A DNA stretch of 64,000 nt from Mobula hypostoma. Lineage: Eukaryota. Numbering within the stretch: the first letter of the stretch is position 1; each line of letters starts with the position of its first letter. Location: the NCBI RefSeq assembly GCF_963921235.1, contig NC_086103.1:72850001-72914000 (forward strand), written 5' to 3'. Under the pieces are notes generated by a model. The model saw nothing but the letters and a program-made list of their open reading frames with translations, was not told the DNA's origin and ran no database searches. The translations under genes and the position numbers were made by a program. Of this stretch, positions 37,962 through 50,700 are shown piece after piece.

Positions 37962-38665
37962 GTACGTTTCTGAAAGCAGGAATTGAATTATTTTGTTCAA
38001 TCTTGTTGTTTTAACTTCTTGGACGCAGTAGTTGAGACGGAGACTGTGTTTGAGTGAGGGACCCGGGAGGGTACAGCCGAGACCCCGAGTGATGCCCGGC
38101 GCTGCCGGTTTTTGATCAATGGCCGGGGAGGGGGGGTGAACTGACGGGCTGAGTGAACTTGGAGGACTGATCATTGCTGATCTGAATGGACCATGAAACA
38201 AGACCAAAACTCGGAATATCCCCGATCATTGCGGTGAAGGTTTGGGAGCACAGTGGGTATGTGAGTGGGAAAATGAATCACAAATCCAAAATGGCAAGAG
38301 AGGAGAATGACTTCAATCCGCGAAATCACAATCGGATCTTCGTCCCTCCCTGCTTATTTCTGTGTTAGTGACAGAACAGCTCTCTGAAATGATACCGCAG
38401 GACCATCGGTTTTGTCAAAACTACAGAAATGCTGGTCGATCACCACATCCTACTCCGGGTCAGCTGAGGGATTGGTGTTTCAGAATGTCGGGAATACCTA
38501 ATAGTATCCACATCCCTTTGAATTTTCGTAATATTCCTCAGATGCCGCCCGGCAGGTAAAATGGATCACATTGCCGTTGCTCGGGCAGGTTTCTAAACTG
38601 TGGGCACACCCGTCTGGTCATCTCATTCAGCGCCATCTGTAACTTTCTTTCCTGGATTGTTTCAG

Positions 38666-39013
38666 GTCGAGTCGCCTTCGTCTCTGGGACAAACGTGCGA
38701 GGAGTCACGGGACAGTCGATCACACTGCCGTGCCGCTATTCTGTCGGAAAATATGTAAAAAGTGCGATGTGCTGGGGTCGGGGACAGTGTGATGTTACGA
38801 ACTGTGGAGATGAACTGATCAGAACAAATGGAGACAGAGTAACTTCTGTAACATCCCAGAGATACAGTCTTGGTGGTAGGATTGCGGCAGGAGATGTGTC
38901 GCTCACTATAAATGATCTACAGAGAGAAGATAGCGGCTGGTATTGCTGCCGTGTGGAGATTCCGGGACCGTTTAATGATCTGAAAACGAATTTGAGTCTC
39001 CGGGTTTTGGACG
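38666..39013 (+). CDS. TIM-like copy 2 exon 2: IgV domain
   Basis: Canonical AG/GTAAG, 348 nt, six Cys, FG-loop EIPGPFND. Confidence 0.95.
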
Positions 39014-40964
39014 GTAAGCAGCTCAATGTTACATGAATCTGTCAGAAATGGCGGCATAGTGGTGTAACTGCTGGTACATTTTCCACAGATCTCCTGTGAT
39101 TCTGGTTCCATCGGGAGCTCCTCTGTTTAGTGTGCGGAAATCATATGTCCTTGCTTGCTTCCTCCGGTGCTCTGAGATCGCAAGAACAGGTTAGTAGATT
39201 AATCGGTCAACGTAATCAGCCGCTAGTGTAAATTAACGGCAGGACAATGGCGTGAGCCAAGTTTCTAGGGAGATATGAGGGATGTATCCGATGGGAATCT
39301 TGGGCAGATGATATGATCTCGATGGGCTGAACTGCCCTCTTCTGCCCCTGAGAACATAAGAAATACCACAATGAATACTGATATATTGTTCACTCTGTTG
39401 TATATCCAATAGAATGGATAATGTGCAGAATGACAATGGCAGGACAGTACAATGTGATGTGGACTAAGAGTGCATTGTCTGAGATTCTTTTGTGTGTTGC
39501 ATCAGATATACAACACATAACAATGGGCTTCTGGTGTCAATAACTGTGCTAATGCCGCTGTCATAGGAGCATAACAAACCGAAGCAGCAGTTGTCCATTG
39601 GACATTCCTGGCTGTTCCAACATTCATTCAGAATGTGGTTGATCTTGTTTCTACCTCAGCGCTATTTTCCACCACTGTCCTGTATCCCTTGACTCCATGT
39701 CCAGACATCTATCAATCTGTGTTTTGAACAAATATGAAGAATGTGCATTTACAGCCTAAAGGATCATGACCACAGAAAGATCTTCTTATGCTGAGCTTTA
39801 CAAGATACTAATCAGGCTGCACTGAGAGTATTGACTACAGTTTTGGGCCCCTTATCTCAGAAAGGATGTGTTGTCATTGGAGAGATTCCAGAGAAGGTTC
39901 ATGGGGATGATTACGGGATTCAAGGAGTTAACATGTGAGGTGCGTTTGGCAGCTTTGGGCCTGTACTCACTGGAATTTAGAAAGATGTGGGAAGATATAA
40001 TTGAAACCTACAGAATGTTGAAAGGACGAGGTAAGGTGGATGTGGAGCCGATGTTTCTTATGGTGGGAGTATCCAGAACTGTAGGGCACAGCCTCATGAA
40101 TGAGGAGTGACCCTTTAGAACAGAGGTAAGCAGGAATTTTTTTTAGCCAGAGAGCAGTAAATCTGTGGAATACTCTGCCACAGACTGCAGTGGAGGCCAT
40201 GTCTGTGTGTATATTTAAGGTGGAAGTTGATTGTTTCCAGATTGATCAGGGCATCAAAGGATACGGTGAGCAGGCAGGTGTATGGGGTTGAGCAGTATCT
40301 GGGATCAGCCATGATAGAATGGTGAAGCAGACTCAATGGGCTGATTGGCCTCATTCTGCTCCTATGTCTTATAGTCTTATGGCATGTACAGTTCTGATGA
40401 AAGGTATTGGCCCAAGCCATCAACTGTACTGATTTCTATAGATGCTGCCTGGCCTGCGGAGTACCTCCAGCATTTTGTGTTCACTCCTTCGATTTCCAGC
40501 ATCAGCAGATTTTCTCGTTTCTCATGTAAGTTCTAGGTTCCTCAGGCAGGGAAAACAGCCTCCTTACATTTTTTTCTGCCAGGTTCTTGAAGGATTTTTT
40601 CTCTTTTGTTGAAGCTGAAGAAAGTAAAATCCCAGTCTACTCAATATCTTCTCATTTTGAAAACCTACCAATCCTGAATCATTATTGCACTCTGCCTGTA
40701 GCAAGTACATCCTTTCTTAGGTTAGAGGTCAAAACTGTCCAATATACTCTTGGGTGCTTTTGCCAAGTCATTTTACAAGTACAGCAAGACTTGCTCATTG
40801 CTGTATTCAGATTCTCTTGTAAATTGTAATCGACTATTTGCACCTACATCAGACCTTGGTCTCTATAAACTTTAACATTACGTAATCACTCTCCATTTAA
40901 TAACTAGTTACTTTTCTATTAATTGCACTAGAATGGATAAGCTTTAAATTTTTTCACATTGTAG

Positions 40965-43005
40965 GAACATGGAAACATAAGAAAACCTACAGCACAATAC
41001 AGACCCTTCGGCCTACAAAGCTGTGCTGAACAGGTCCTTACCTTAGATATTACCTAGGGTTACCCATAGCCCTCTATTTTTCTAAATTCCATGTACCTAT
41101 CCAGGTCTCTTGAAAGACCCTATCGGATCTGCCTCCACCATTGTCGCCGGCAGCACATTCCACGCACTCGCCACTCTCTACATAAAAAACTTACCCCTGA
41201 CATCTCCTCTGTACCTACTTCCAAGCACCTTAAAACTATGCCCTCTCATGCTAGCCAATTCAGCCCTGGGAGAAAGCCTCTGACTATCCACACAATCAAT
41301 GCCTCTCATCATCTTATACACGCCTATCAGGTCACCTCTCATCCTTCCTTGCTCCAAGAAGAAAAGGACAAGTTCCATCAATCTATTCTCATAAGGCATG
41401 CTCCCCAATCCAGACAACATCCTTATAAATCTCCTCTGCACCTTTTCTATGCTTTCCACATCCTTCCTGTAGTGAAGCAACCAGAACTGAGCACAGTACT
41501 CCAAGTGCGGTCTGACCAGGGTCCCATATAGCTGCAACATTACCTCTCGGCTCCTAAATTCAATTCCACGATTGATGAAGGCCAATGTACCGTATGCCTT
41601 CTTAACCACAGAGGCAATCTGCACTGCAGATTTGAGTGTCCTATGGACTCGCACCCAAGATCCCGCTGATCTCCACACTTACCATTAATACTGCATTCTG
41701 CCATCATATTTGACTGACTAAAATGAACCACTTCTCACTTATCTGGGTTGAACTCCATTTGACACTTCTCAGCCCAGTTTTGCTTCCTATCAATGTCCCA
41801 CTGTAAACTCTGGCAGCCCTCCACAATATCCACAACACCCTGACCTTTGTGTCATCAGCAAATTTACTAACTCAACCCTCCGCTTCCTCATCCGGGTCAT
41901 TATAAAAATCACAAAGAGTAGGTGTCCCAGAACAGACCCCTGAGGGACACCACTGGTCACTGACCTCCATGCAGAATAGCACCCATCTACAACCACTCTT
42001 TGCCTTCTGTGGGAAAGCCAGTTCCGGATCCACAAAGCAATGTCCCCTTGGATCCCATACCTCCTTACTTTCTCAATAAGCCTGGCATGGGGTACCTTAT
42101 CAAATGCCTTGCTGAAATCCATATAAGCTACATCTACTGCTCTATCTTCATCAACGTGTTTAGTCATATCCTCAAAAAATTCAGTTGGGCTTGTAAGGCA
42201 CGACCTGCCTTTCACAAATCCATGCTGACTATTCCTAATCATATTATGCCTCTCCAAATGTTCATAAATCCTGCCTCTCAGGATCTTCTTCATCAACTTA
42301 TCAACCACTGGTCTATAATTTCCTGGGCTATCCCTACTCTGTTTCTTGAATAAAGGAACAACATTTGCAACCCTCCAATCCTCTGGAACCTCTCCTGTCC
42401 TCATTGATGATGCAAAGATCATCCCCAGAGGGTCAGCACTCTCCTCCCTCGACTCCCACAGTAGCCTGGGGTACATCTCATCTGGTCCCGGTGAATTATC
42501 CAACTTGATGCTTTCCAAAAGCTCCAGCACATCCTTAATATCTACATGCTCAAGCTTTTCAGTCCATTTTAAGTCATCCCTACAATCACCAAGATCCTTT
42601 TCCATAGTGAATACTGAAGCAAAGTATTTAGTAAGTACCTCTGCTATCTCCTCTGGTTCCATACACACTTTTCCACTGCCACACTTGATTGGTCCTATCC
42701 TCTCACTTCTTATCCTTCCTGCTAGCCTTATAATCTTCTGGACTCTATCATTACCTAGTATTTTGAACCTTTCATAAGCTTTTCTTTCCCTTCTTGACTA
42801 GATTTACAACAGCCTTTGTACACCATGGTTCCTGTACTCTACCATCCTTTCCCTGTCTCATTGGAATGTACCTATGCAGAATTCCATGAAAATATCCCCT
42901 GAACATTTACCACATTTTTTTCGTACATTTCCCTGAGAACACCTGTTACCAATTTATGCTTCCAAGTTCCTGCCTGGTAGCCTCATATTTCCCCTTATTA
43001 CAATT
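40965..43005 (-). mobile_element. CR1 RT fragment, unit-2 specific
   Basis: ORFs 41178..41678 and 41790..42668 with CR1 RT motifs; interrupts the ancient CR1 with an ATTGTA-like duplication. Confidence 0.9.
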
Positions 43006-43892
43006 ATATTGTATTCCTTTCGACATTTTCTTGCCCTCCCATGGAGCTTGTTTATATAAAATACATAACTTTTTCTCTCATATATTTCATTGCATCTCAA
43101 TCCTGAACGATGATGCCTTATTTTGAGATTTTGAGATGATGATCCCTACAGGCAAAGCATTTCTTACACCTTCCTTTTGTAGCCCTCTCAGAATTGTATG
43201 CATTTCAATCAGCTCCCCTCCTATTCTTCTAAGCTCTGCTGTGCACTCAACATCTGTTTCCCTGGAATCAATGTATGAATATTTATTTCTTCTGAACAAG
43301 TTTTTTGTTTATCTGCCTATTGGCTTACGTAGCCTTCAGTGACCATGAACACAGACACCCAGATCCTTTGGATGTCCAATCACTCACCATATAACAAAAA
43401 TCTGTTTTTCTAATATTCCTCCTGAAGTGGATCATGTCATATTTCACTACATTATATCCCATTCATTATGTCCTTATCTATTTAGCCAGACCTCCCTTTT
43501 CCACTGATTTCTCCTTACATTCTCTGTAAATCTCATGGTGTTAAATCTTGGAAATGTTGCCCTTGAGCTAAGTCTTTGATATATGTTACACAGAGAAGAG
43601 GGTCCAACCCTGTGACTATGAAGCCCATCCACCTGCAGATTCACAACCCAAGCTTATTCCATCTGTTTTCTCTGTTAACCAATGCAGATTAGAGAATTGA
43701 GCCCAAAACAAAATGTCCTAATCACAGCTAACAGTGGCACTTTAAAGATCCTCCAATGGTCTAAATACTTAATATCCACCTGTTGTCCCTAATCTTTTCT
43801 ACAAGTTATATAAGCTTGAAGCAAGTGAATAAAATTGCATGACAAGCATTGAAAAACGTAAAAAATAAATTTAATCTTTCTTCTGTACACAG

Positions 43893-43919
43893 ACAAGCAC
43901 ACAGTTCTGTTAGCCATAA
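43893..43919 (+). CDS. Candidate 27-nt micro-exon 3 of copy 2 (D)KHTVLLAI
   Basis: tttaat..ctttcttctgtacacAG acceptor, GTAAGT donor, homologous to 32554-32580. Confidence 0.5.
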
Positions 43920-45990
43920 GTAAGTGCTTTATTACACACCATGGAAATGATGTTTCTTATTTAAATCTCTGATATCAGTGTCTTTTTGTTTGGATAGACT
44001 GCACTGTTGGTGATAAAAGTTAATAAGTATGCCTTGAAATTGATTTTAATTGAAATGTTTATGTTTAGAACTTTAAGATTTGGTGAAGATATTTGCATAA
44101 AGTAGGCTGGGAATGTTTGCAGTTAAAGTGATAGTAAAACTTGCATTTAATAAAGTGCCTTTCACTCTGAGCAGCCATTGGGGAAACTGCTTCCATGGAC
44201 AGGGATGTGGTAATGATCAGATGTAGATCACTATTGCAGATTTATTAACTTTATTACCATTTGGTTAGGAATTGAGTTAATTTCTTGTTAGTAAAAATAA
44301 TCGAAGTCATGGCAATACTGAAAGACCTTAATATGACCAATTTAATGGTACTTTGTCTGTTCACAGAATGAGCAAACAAGGTAAACAAATCAGTGACACA
44401 AATGGAAGTAATCCTGATTTCATCACCTTGTGGAAACTTGTCCAAAATGTTTTATGAAGAAACTCAGTGAGATGACAAGAACTTGGCAGATGGAAAACAA
44501 TGAAGACATAAGGGAGATCATCCAATTTAGTGCCAATCATGTAAAAGTAGTTTTTCTTAAATTCTGAGTGATTGGATGGTGCTGAACATTAGAAACAAGG
44601 TGTGATGATACTCACATCTCTTCAAGAGACTCTCCAGGTGGAAATAATAAGTTACCATTTATAATTAGAAGCTTTGAACATTGAAGTCACAGAGTCATAC
44701 TGTCGTTGTACAGAGTCTTGGCAAGACTGCACTGGGCAGGTAGTGGAGAGTTCCGGTTTCTTAACAATGAAGAGACATACTTGCCATAGAGAGAGAACAA
44801 TGAATAACTGGAGTCACAGATGACCCTCCCTCACTCTTCAATGTAGTGAGTGCTCAATATATTTGGAGAGTTCAAGATAAAGTCATTGTTTGAACACATC
44901 GGTGGTCCATTTGGTCAGAATATATCTGAACTGCCTTTTGCATCACCAGGTGTTCAGACAGTTGCTCTCATTGTCTGCAAACTGCTCACTCATCATTGCT
45001 TCTCATAAATTGGAGACACAGTAATCTGAGACAGAATGAATATATATCTAAAACCTGGATCTGGGGCAGTGGGCATCTTTTTCTTGAAATCACTTTGATC
45101 CCTCTGTAAATTATTATCCTAATACTTCCATTCATTGGTGTTATGTTCAAATCTGTCTGTCAGGTTTTTTTTTAGCTTTAATGATGCAATATAAATCATT
45201 ATCAGTCCCTGCATTACATTTAATTACAGTTGTTCTGCATGAAAAATAACTGAATACCCTGGCTAGGGCAAGTCAGCCTTGTTCTGTTGTTTCTGTCCAT
45301 CTCTTTCTGGCCATTATCATGGTTCATTTTCCCTGCTCATCCTATCTCACACTCCATGCTTCCGATCACTTCCCCATCTCCCACTGACTCCCCACCTCCT
45401 TGATATTTCTTCTTCACATCTATCAGCCAGTCCCTCCCAATTACTGGGGTCTGATCTTCATCTCACCTTTACCTGTGAGCTGCCCGGGAAGTGCACCAGA
45501 CATCTGATGTAGGCAGGTCTGACCACAGCCCCAGTATCTCCCAGTGTCAGTGCTTATTACAGCATGATTCAATAAAGTAAAACTGCGGCTACAATTTGCA
45601 GTTCAGAGACTCTTGTGCCACTATTAAGTCTCTTCACAGTTGGACAGAGATTGAATGTCCCTTCACCAACAAATGTCCATGACTCCAGTATTGAACTGGG
45701 TTGACAGACCAAATTTCGACTGCCAGTGCAGACCAGGCTGGATTTAAAACAAAAAATAGTGGAATCACCTTCTTTGGGTCTCTTGATCTCTCGCTCACTC
45801 TCTCCTTCACCCTCCGTTCCCTTCACGCACAAAACATTGAAACGTGACACAAAGTGACAGGACTCAACCAGACCAGCGACACAGTAGTTCAAACAGCCAG
45901 ACGGACACTTGCCCACTTGTCCAATAGTGTTACTGATGGACATTTCAGGCACGAACTTCTGTGGATGTAGCGTCATGTCTGTCATCTGAA

Positions 45991-47707
45991 GAACTGTTTT
46001 AGAAACATAGAAAAAATAGGTGCAGGAGTAGGCCATTCGGCCCTTTGAGCCTGCACCGCCATTTATTATGATCATGGCTGATCCTCCAACTCAGAACCCT
46101 GCACCAGCCTTCCCTCCATACCCCCTGATCCCCGTAGCCACAAGGGCCATATCTAACTCCCTCTTAAATATAGCCAATGAACTGGCCTCAACCGTTTCCT
46201 GTGGCAGAGAATTCCACAGATTCACCACTCTCTGTGTGAAGAAGTTTTTCCTAATCTCGGTCCTAAAAGGCTTCCCCTCTATCCTCAAACTGTGACCCCT
46301 CGTTCTGGACTTCCCCAACATCGGGAACAATCTTCCTGCATCTAGCCTGTCCAATCCCTTTAGGATCTTATACGTTTCAATCAGATCCCCCCTCAATCTT
46401 CTAAATTCCAACGAGTACAAGCCCAATTCATCCAGTCTTTCTTCATATGAAAGTCCCGCCATCCCAGGAATCAATCTGCTGAACCTTCTTTGTACTCCCT
46501 GTATGGCAAAGATGTCTTTCCTCAGATTAGGGGACCAAAACTGCACACAATACTCCAGGTGTGGTCTCACCAAGGCCTTGTACAAATGCAGTAGTACGTT
46601 CCTGCTCCTGTACTCGAATCCTCTCACTATAAATGCCAGCATACCATTCGCCTTTTTCACCGCCTGCTGTACCTGCATGCCCACTTTCAATGACTGCTGT
46701 ATAATGACACCCAGGTCTCGTTGCACCTCCCCTTTTCCTAATCGGCCACCATTCAGATAATAATCTGTTTTCCTATTTTTGCCACCAAAGTGGATAACTT
46801 CACATTTATCCACATTAAATTGCATCTGCCATGAAGTTGCCCACTCACCCAACCTATCCAAGTCACCCTGCATCCTCTTAGCATCCTCCTCACAGCTAAC
46901 ACTGCCACCCAGCTTCGTGTCATCCGCAAACTTGGAAATGCTGCATTTAATTCCCTCATCCAAGTCATTAATATATATTGTAAACAACTGGGGTCCCAGC
47001 ACTGAGCCTTGCGGTACCCCACTAGTCACCGCCTGCCATTCTGAAAAGGTCCCGTTTATTCCCACTCTTTGCTTCCTGTCTGCTAACCAATTCTCCACCC
47101 ACACCAATACCTTACCCCCAATACCGTGTGCTTTAAGTTTGCACACTAATCTCCTGTGTGGGACCTTGTCAAAAGCCTTTTGAAAATCCAAATATACCAC
47201 ATCCACTGGTTCTCCCCTATCCACTCTACTAGTTACATCCTCAAAAAATTCTATGAGATTCGTCAGACATGATTTTCCTTTAACAAATCCATGCTGACTT
47301 TGTCCGATCATTTCACCACTTTCTAAATGTGCTGTTATCACATCCTTGATAACTGACTCCAGCAGTTTCCCCACCACCGACGTTAGGCTAACCGGTCTAT
47401 AATTCCCCGGTCTCTCTCTCCCTCCTTTTTTAAAAAGTGGAGTTACATTAGCCACCCTCCAATCCTCAGGAACTAGTCCAGAATCTAACGAGTTTTGAAA
47501 AATTATCACTAATGCATCCACTATTTCTTGGGCTACTTCCTTAAGCACTCTAGGATGCAGGCCATCTGGCCCTGGGGATTTATCTGCCTTCAATCCCTTC
47601 AATTTACCTAACACCACTTCCCTACTAACATGTATTTCGCTCAGTTCCTCCATCTCACTGGACCCTCTGTCCCCTACTATTTCTGGAAGATTATTTATGT
47701 CCTCCTT
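45991..47707 (-). mobile_element. Young 5'-truncated CR1 with an uninterrupted 520-codon RT ORF
   Basis: ORF 46091..47653 open with FADD; 3' tail at 45991; near-identical to 1-1300. Confidence 0.95.
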
Positions 47708-47770
47708 ATTTCTGGAAGATCATTTATGTCCTCCTTATTTCTGGAAGATTATTTATGTCCTCCTTATTTC
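47679..47770. repeat. Three tandem 29-bp units at the CR1 5' junction
   Basis: ATTTCTGGAAGATTATTTATGTCCTCCTT starting at 47679, 47708, 47737; single copy in the sister CR1 at about 1266-1294. Confidence 0.95.
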
Positions 47771-50700
47771 CAAAACCGCGAATTAAACGACATTGAAGGA
47801 AATCCGTGCACGAGGAATGCAGTAGTTATAGGGGATTCCATAGTCAGGGGAATGGACAGGAGATTCTGTGAGCCTGATAGAGATACCCACATGGTGTGTT
47901 GCCTTCCAGGTGCCAGGGTACGGGATGTCTCGGATTGGGACTAGAATATTCTGAAGGGGGAGGGTGAGCAGCCTGTTGTCTTGGTACATGTTGGTACCAG
48001 TGACATAGATAGGACAAAGGAGGAGGTCCTGAAGAGAGATTTCTGGGAGTTAGGAAGGAAGCTGAGAAGCAAGACCTCCAGGGTAGTAATCTCGGGGTTG
48101 CTACCTGTGCCACATGCTAGCAAGGGCAAGAATAGGAGGATCAGGCAAATGAATGCATGGCTGAGAGACTGGTGCAGGGGGCAGGGCTTCAGATTCTTGG
48201 ATAATTGGGATCTCTTCTGGGGGAAGTATGACCTGTTCAAAAATGACAGGTTACACCTGAACTGGAAGGGGACCAATATCCTGGCAGGAAAGTTTAATAG
48301 AGCTGTTAGGGAGGGTTTAAACTAATTTGGCAGGGGGATGGGAACCGGAATGACAGAGCGGAGGAAGGGAAAAACAGAAATAAATCTAAGATAGTGAGCA
48401 GTAAAGATGTCAGGAAAGACAGGCAGGTGATGGGGCAAATGTGTAGCCATTGGGATGAGTTGCAGTGCAATAAAGTTGCAGTGAAATCAAAGCAAAAAGT
48501 ACCAAATACTGGTGTTAAGGTGTTATACTTAAATGCACGCAGCATAAGGAATAAGGTGGATGATCTTGTCGTACAGCTACAGATTGGCAGGTATGATATT
48601 GTGGCCATCACTGAGACGTGGCTAAAGGATGCATGTCTCTGGGAGCTGAACGTCCAAGGATACACGGTGTATCAGAAGGATAGGAAGGTAGGCAGAGGGG
48701 GAGGCGTGGCTTTATTGGTAAGAAATGATATTAAATCATTAGAAAGAGGTGATATAGGATCGGAAGGTGCAGAATCTTTATGGGTTGAGCTAAGAAATCG
48801 CAGGGGTAAAAGGATCCTGATGGCAGTTATTTATAGGCCTCCAAACAGCTGCAGTGATGTAGACTACAAATTACAACAGGAAATAGAAAAGGCTTGTCAG
48901 AAGGGTAGTGTTATGATAATTGCAGGGGATTTTAACATGCGAGTGGATTGGGAAAATCAGGTCCGCACTGGATCTCAAGAGAGAGAATTTGTAGAATGTT
49001 TGCGAGATGGCTTTTTAGAACAGCTTGTTGTTGAGCCCACTAGGAGATCGGCTGTACTGGATTGGGTATTGTGTAATGAACCGGAGGTGATTGGAGAGAT
49101 TGAGGTGAAGGAACCATTAGGAGACAGTGATCATAACATGTTTGAATTCACTGTGAAATTTGAAAAAGAGAAGCCGAAATCTGTTGTGTCGGTATTTCAG
49201 TGGAGTAAAGGAAATTACAGTGGCATGAGAGAGGAACTGGCCAAAGTTGACTGGAAAGGGACACTGGTGGGAAAGACGGCAGAGCAGCAGTGGCTGGAGT
49301 TTATGCGAGAAGTGAGGAAGGTGCAAGACAAGTATATTCCAAAAATGAAGAAATTTTCAAATGGAAAAAGGATGCAACCGTGGTTGACAAGAGAAGTCAA
49401 AGCCAAAGTTAAAGCAAAGGAGAGGGCATACAAGGAAGCAAAAATTAGTGGGAAGACAGAGGATTGTGAAGTTTTTAAAACCTTACAAAAGGAAACTAAG
49501 AAGGTTATTAAGAGGGGAAAGATTAACTATGAAAGGAAGCTAGCAAATAATATCAAAGAGGATACTAAAAGCTTTTTCAAGAATATAAAGAGTAAAAGAC
49601 AGGTGAGAGTAGATATAGGACCGATAGAAAATGATGCTGGAGAAATTGTAATGGGAGATAAGGAGATGGCGGAGGAACTGAACGAGTATTTTGCATCAGT
49701 CTTCACTGAGGAAGACATCAGCAGTATACCGGACACTCAAGGGTGGCAGGGAAGAGACGTGTGTGCAGTCACAATTATGACAGAGAAAGTACTCAGGAAG
49801 CTGAATAGTCTAAAGGTAGATAAATCTCCCGGACCAGATGGAATGCACCCTCATGTTCTGAAGGAAGTAGCTGTGGAGATTGCAGAGGCATCAGCAATGA
49901 TCTTTCAAAAGTCTTTTCTTTTAAAATCTTTTTATTAATTATTATTGAAAATCAACAACAGAAAAAAATACATCAAAATAATCAAGATAACATATCCATA
50001 TGTAAAGTAAAAGTTAAAACTATCAACCGGGCCGAACAATATATCAATAATAATCAATAAACAAAGTATTAAAGCTTTTTTTATATGGAAAAAAGGAAAG
50101 AAAGAAAAAAAAGAACCCTTACTAACTAAAACAGAGAAAACCCCTAATAACTAAAAAAAAGAAAAGAAAACCATTTGGAGCACAAACCCGGAGCTATGAG
50201 CCAAACAAGTTTCTATACAAAAGGACATCAAACCACCAGCCAAACCCATAAACCAAGCATCAGAGAAGTACCATCTGAATTAACTCAAGTCAAATGGTAA
50301 TAACGGCAAAAGAACCTCACCTTTTCTCGAAGTCAAATTTAGGATCAAAAGTTCAACTTCTAATTTTTTCCAAACTAAGACATAACATCACCTGAGAGAA
50401 CCATTGTATCAAAGTGGGAGCAGAGGCATCTTTCCATTTTAATAAAATAGCCCTTCTAGCCAATAATGTGACAAATGCAATTACGTATTGGTTTGATATA
50501 GAAATACCGTGAATATGTTGAGGAATTATACCAAACAAAACTGTCAATTTATTAGGTTGTAAATTGATTTTTAAAGCTTTAGAGATTGTAGAAAAAATAG
50601 ATTTCCAAATTTGTTTCAATACAGAACACGACCAAAACATACGTGTCAATGTAGCTATGTCAGTTTTGCATCTATCACACTGACTATTTACATTAGGAAA

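Noticed and set aside
37894-38255. CACAGTG heptamers near the V cassettes (37894, 38249, 59508), suggesting V(D)J-type recombination signals
   Set aside because: No ACAAAAACC-like nonamer at 12/23 spacing, not conserved in all copies, and not abutting the V coding end; V exons end in ordinary GTAAG donors
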